Shown here: piece by piece, positions 45,868 through 47,337 of the stretch | How positions within the stretch are numbered: the first letter of the stretch is position 1 | Layout of the letters: each line of letters opens with the position of its first letter | IMG/VR virus record: IMGVR_UViG_3300044233_000745 | Span: 1-47,337 of that record | Length of the DNA stretch: 47,337 bases | Source: a virus | Lineage: Duplodnaviria; Caudoviricetes | Direction: 5' to 3' (one strand) | Notes under the pieces: generated by a model | The model's input: only the letters and a program-made list of their open reading frames with translations | Databases searched by the model: none | What the model was told of the DNA's origin: nothing | Made by a program: the position numbers and the translations under genes

Positions 45868-46646
45868 CCAATTCCCATCTCTTTACGAATCTTGGTTGCC
45901 GAAATTTCTTGGATTTCTTTTGGCAACACAACCTCTTCAATCTTATAACCAACATCTCGCCCATACACAATATTTGTAATATTAGGCACTTGAATTATTC
46001 TAAACCTATCCCCATATAAAGGAGACAACGCATCAATAATTCTTGACTTGACAAAATCAAAGTCGAATGGATTCTTACCATCGACCCCCTGTACATCCCT
46101 TACCATAATCTGAACTTGACCTGCACGTTTCAGAGACTCCTCAAACAGTGTCTGATGCCCCTTGTGCCACGGTTGCCACCGCCCAAGCATTTGGACTGTC
46201 GGTGCTTTGTTGTCCCACACATATGGTTCAATCAAATGTTCTACCCTGTACGGATTCACAAAGTCCCATTCAGTCAAACGCAAGTCATACTTGGTTGGTT
46301 TTTGGAACAGTAAATTAGTATCATTATACCTACCTTTTTCGATGGTGTCAACCCAAATCGTAATATCGGCATTGAATAATTCACGCAATTCATCAGTTGG
46401 ACATACGAAATCACAAATGACATGAGTGCCACCACTCGCAACCACTTCTGACATTTGTGCCATTCTTTTTGCTTGACGTTCTCTCCCTTCAGGTGAGAAG
46501 TCCCAATCCTCGTACTCCTCACGCACTCTATCGGCATTGAACCAAGTCACACGGTCTGACCCCATCAATGAAATCACTTGCTCTGTGAGTGTGGTCTTAC
46601 CCGCACCCGGTAGACCCATAATCAGAATTCTCTTACCTCGTTCCAT
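45864..46646 (-). CDS. adenylylsulfate-kinase-like P-loop kinase fused to HxGH nucleotidyltransferase
   Basis: GLPGAGKT and NADRVR...DFS.EGR; then GRWQPWHKGH...ISATKIR. Confidence 0.8.
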   Translation of the reverse strand: MERGKRILIMGLPGAGKTTLTEQVISLMGSDRVTWFNADRVREEYEDWDFSPEGRERQAKRMAQMSEVVASGGTHVICDFVCPTDELRELFNADITIWVDTIEKGRYNDTNLLFQKPTKYDLRLTEWDFVNPYRVEHLIEPYVWDNKAPTVQMLGRWQPWHKGHQTLFEESLKRAGQVQIMVRDVQGVDGKNPFDFDFVKSRIIDALSPLYGDRFRIIQVPNITNIVYGRDVGYKIEEVVLPKEIQEISATKIRKEMGIG

Positions 46647-47229
46647 CTTCTTCCTCTACGAATTGATCAACAGTCGATTTACGTTTGATTCGTTTTTTAC
46701 GCTTGTTCTCTTCAAAGTCGAGAATAAACTGATTCATATATTCTTCTGACCACTCACTTTGCTTGATGCTATCATCATACATTTTGACTCCATTGGAATC
46801 GTGTGCTTGAGTTTCAGATGTCTGATCAAACACGTTGACATGTTCAGTCAGTTTGTATTTGGTGTACAAATGTTTTTTTTCTTTTTGGATTCTTCGTAGG
46901 AATGCATAGTAAACAATCTGTGTGAAGTATGCAAATGGGTTCTTCGACTTTTCTGGATTAAAGTTATCAATGTACTGTAAACAGTTCTCAATGCCATCAC
47001 TCACCATTTCTTCTTTAAAACTGTAATTCATGAAGTTTGGTTTGTGTGCGAGGTGAGTTGAAATCTTCATAATACAAGATGCAACATATGTCGGCACAAC
47101 AGGACGAGGGTTGCCCTTTTCCTTTGCCTCAATAACACTTTCTTTGTATTCAATCATTGCAACAAGAAACTGTTTATTGTCAACATAATTTTGACGGACT
47201 CGTTTCTTTTTTGGTTTTCCGGTTGACAA
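46633..47229 (-). CDS. gp55: late-transcription sigma factor
   Basis: YVDNK.F, MVSDGIENC and NPFAYFTQI..AF.RRI.KEK; TTG start with GAGGAG SD. Confidence 0.95.
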   Translation of the reverse strand: MSTGKPKKKRVRQNYVDNKQFLVAMIEYKESVIEAKEKGNPRPVVPTYVASCIMKISTHLAHKPNFMNYSFKEEMVSDGIENCLQYIDNFNPEKSKNPFAYFTQIVYYAFLRRIQKEKKHLYTKYKLTEHVNVFDQTSETQAHDSNGVKMYDDSIKQSEWSEEYMNQFILDFEENKRKKRIKRKSTVDQFVEEEDGTR

Positions 47230-47251
47230 AACTTAACTCCTCGTGTATAAT
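47223..47251 (+). promoter_or_regulatory. perfect sigma70 promoter TTGACA-17-TATAAT on the antisense strand over the gp55 start
   Basis: Exact consensus on the + strand. Confidence 0.7.
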
Positions 47252-47337
47252 AATAATGTTCCATCGGCAGATAGTATCAATGTACCGTGTTTGCCGATAT
47301 TAATTTTTTAGAAATATCTGAGTTTACTTCATTCAAG

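Noticed and set aside
17-46749. Numerous + strand ORFs and nested short - strand ORFs in the track
   Set aside because: They are shadows of well-supported minus-strand genes, with no recognisable motifs.
1-47337. tRNA or rRNA genes, integrase, transposase
   Set aside because: None recognised; intergenic gaps are short and explained by promoters and terminators.

Overview
A 47-kb segment of a T4-like (myovirus-type) bacteriophage genome, about 40% GC, probably an aquatic phage of a Gram-negative host. Essentially all real genes are on the minus strand. Reading right to left: gp55, an APS-kinase/HxGH-transferase fusion, gp47/gp46, an ABC-ATPase/GNAT fusion, a VWA and MoxR(CobS-like) AAA pair, a GT-A protein, gp45/44/62, regA, hsp20, an M15 endolysin, gp43, uvsX, gp40?, gp41 and an LpxH-like phosphoesterase. 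A late block (about 12.3-25.2 kb) follows, with probable head-packaged proteins and spanins. Then come gp61, thyX, nrdA, a glutaredoxin-nrdB fusion, a GIY-YIG nuclease, four glycosyltransferases and rnh. The most notable signals are: (1) near-total avoidance of RGCY, with two of the four sites I found forced by Trp-Pro; (2) modular polyproteins punctuated by E-x-x-E-L-x-E prohead-protease-like sites, next to ligase-like, nucleotidyltransferase, phosphatase and RNase-like domains; (3) apparently leaderless mRNAs for the polymerase and primase; (4) a ROSE-like thermometer on hsp20; (5) a perfect antisense promoter over the gp55 start. All calls come from reading motifs by eye; no searches were run.
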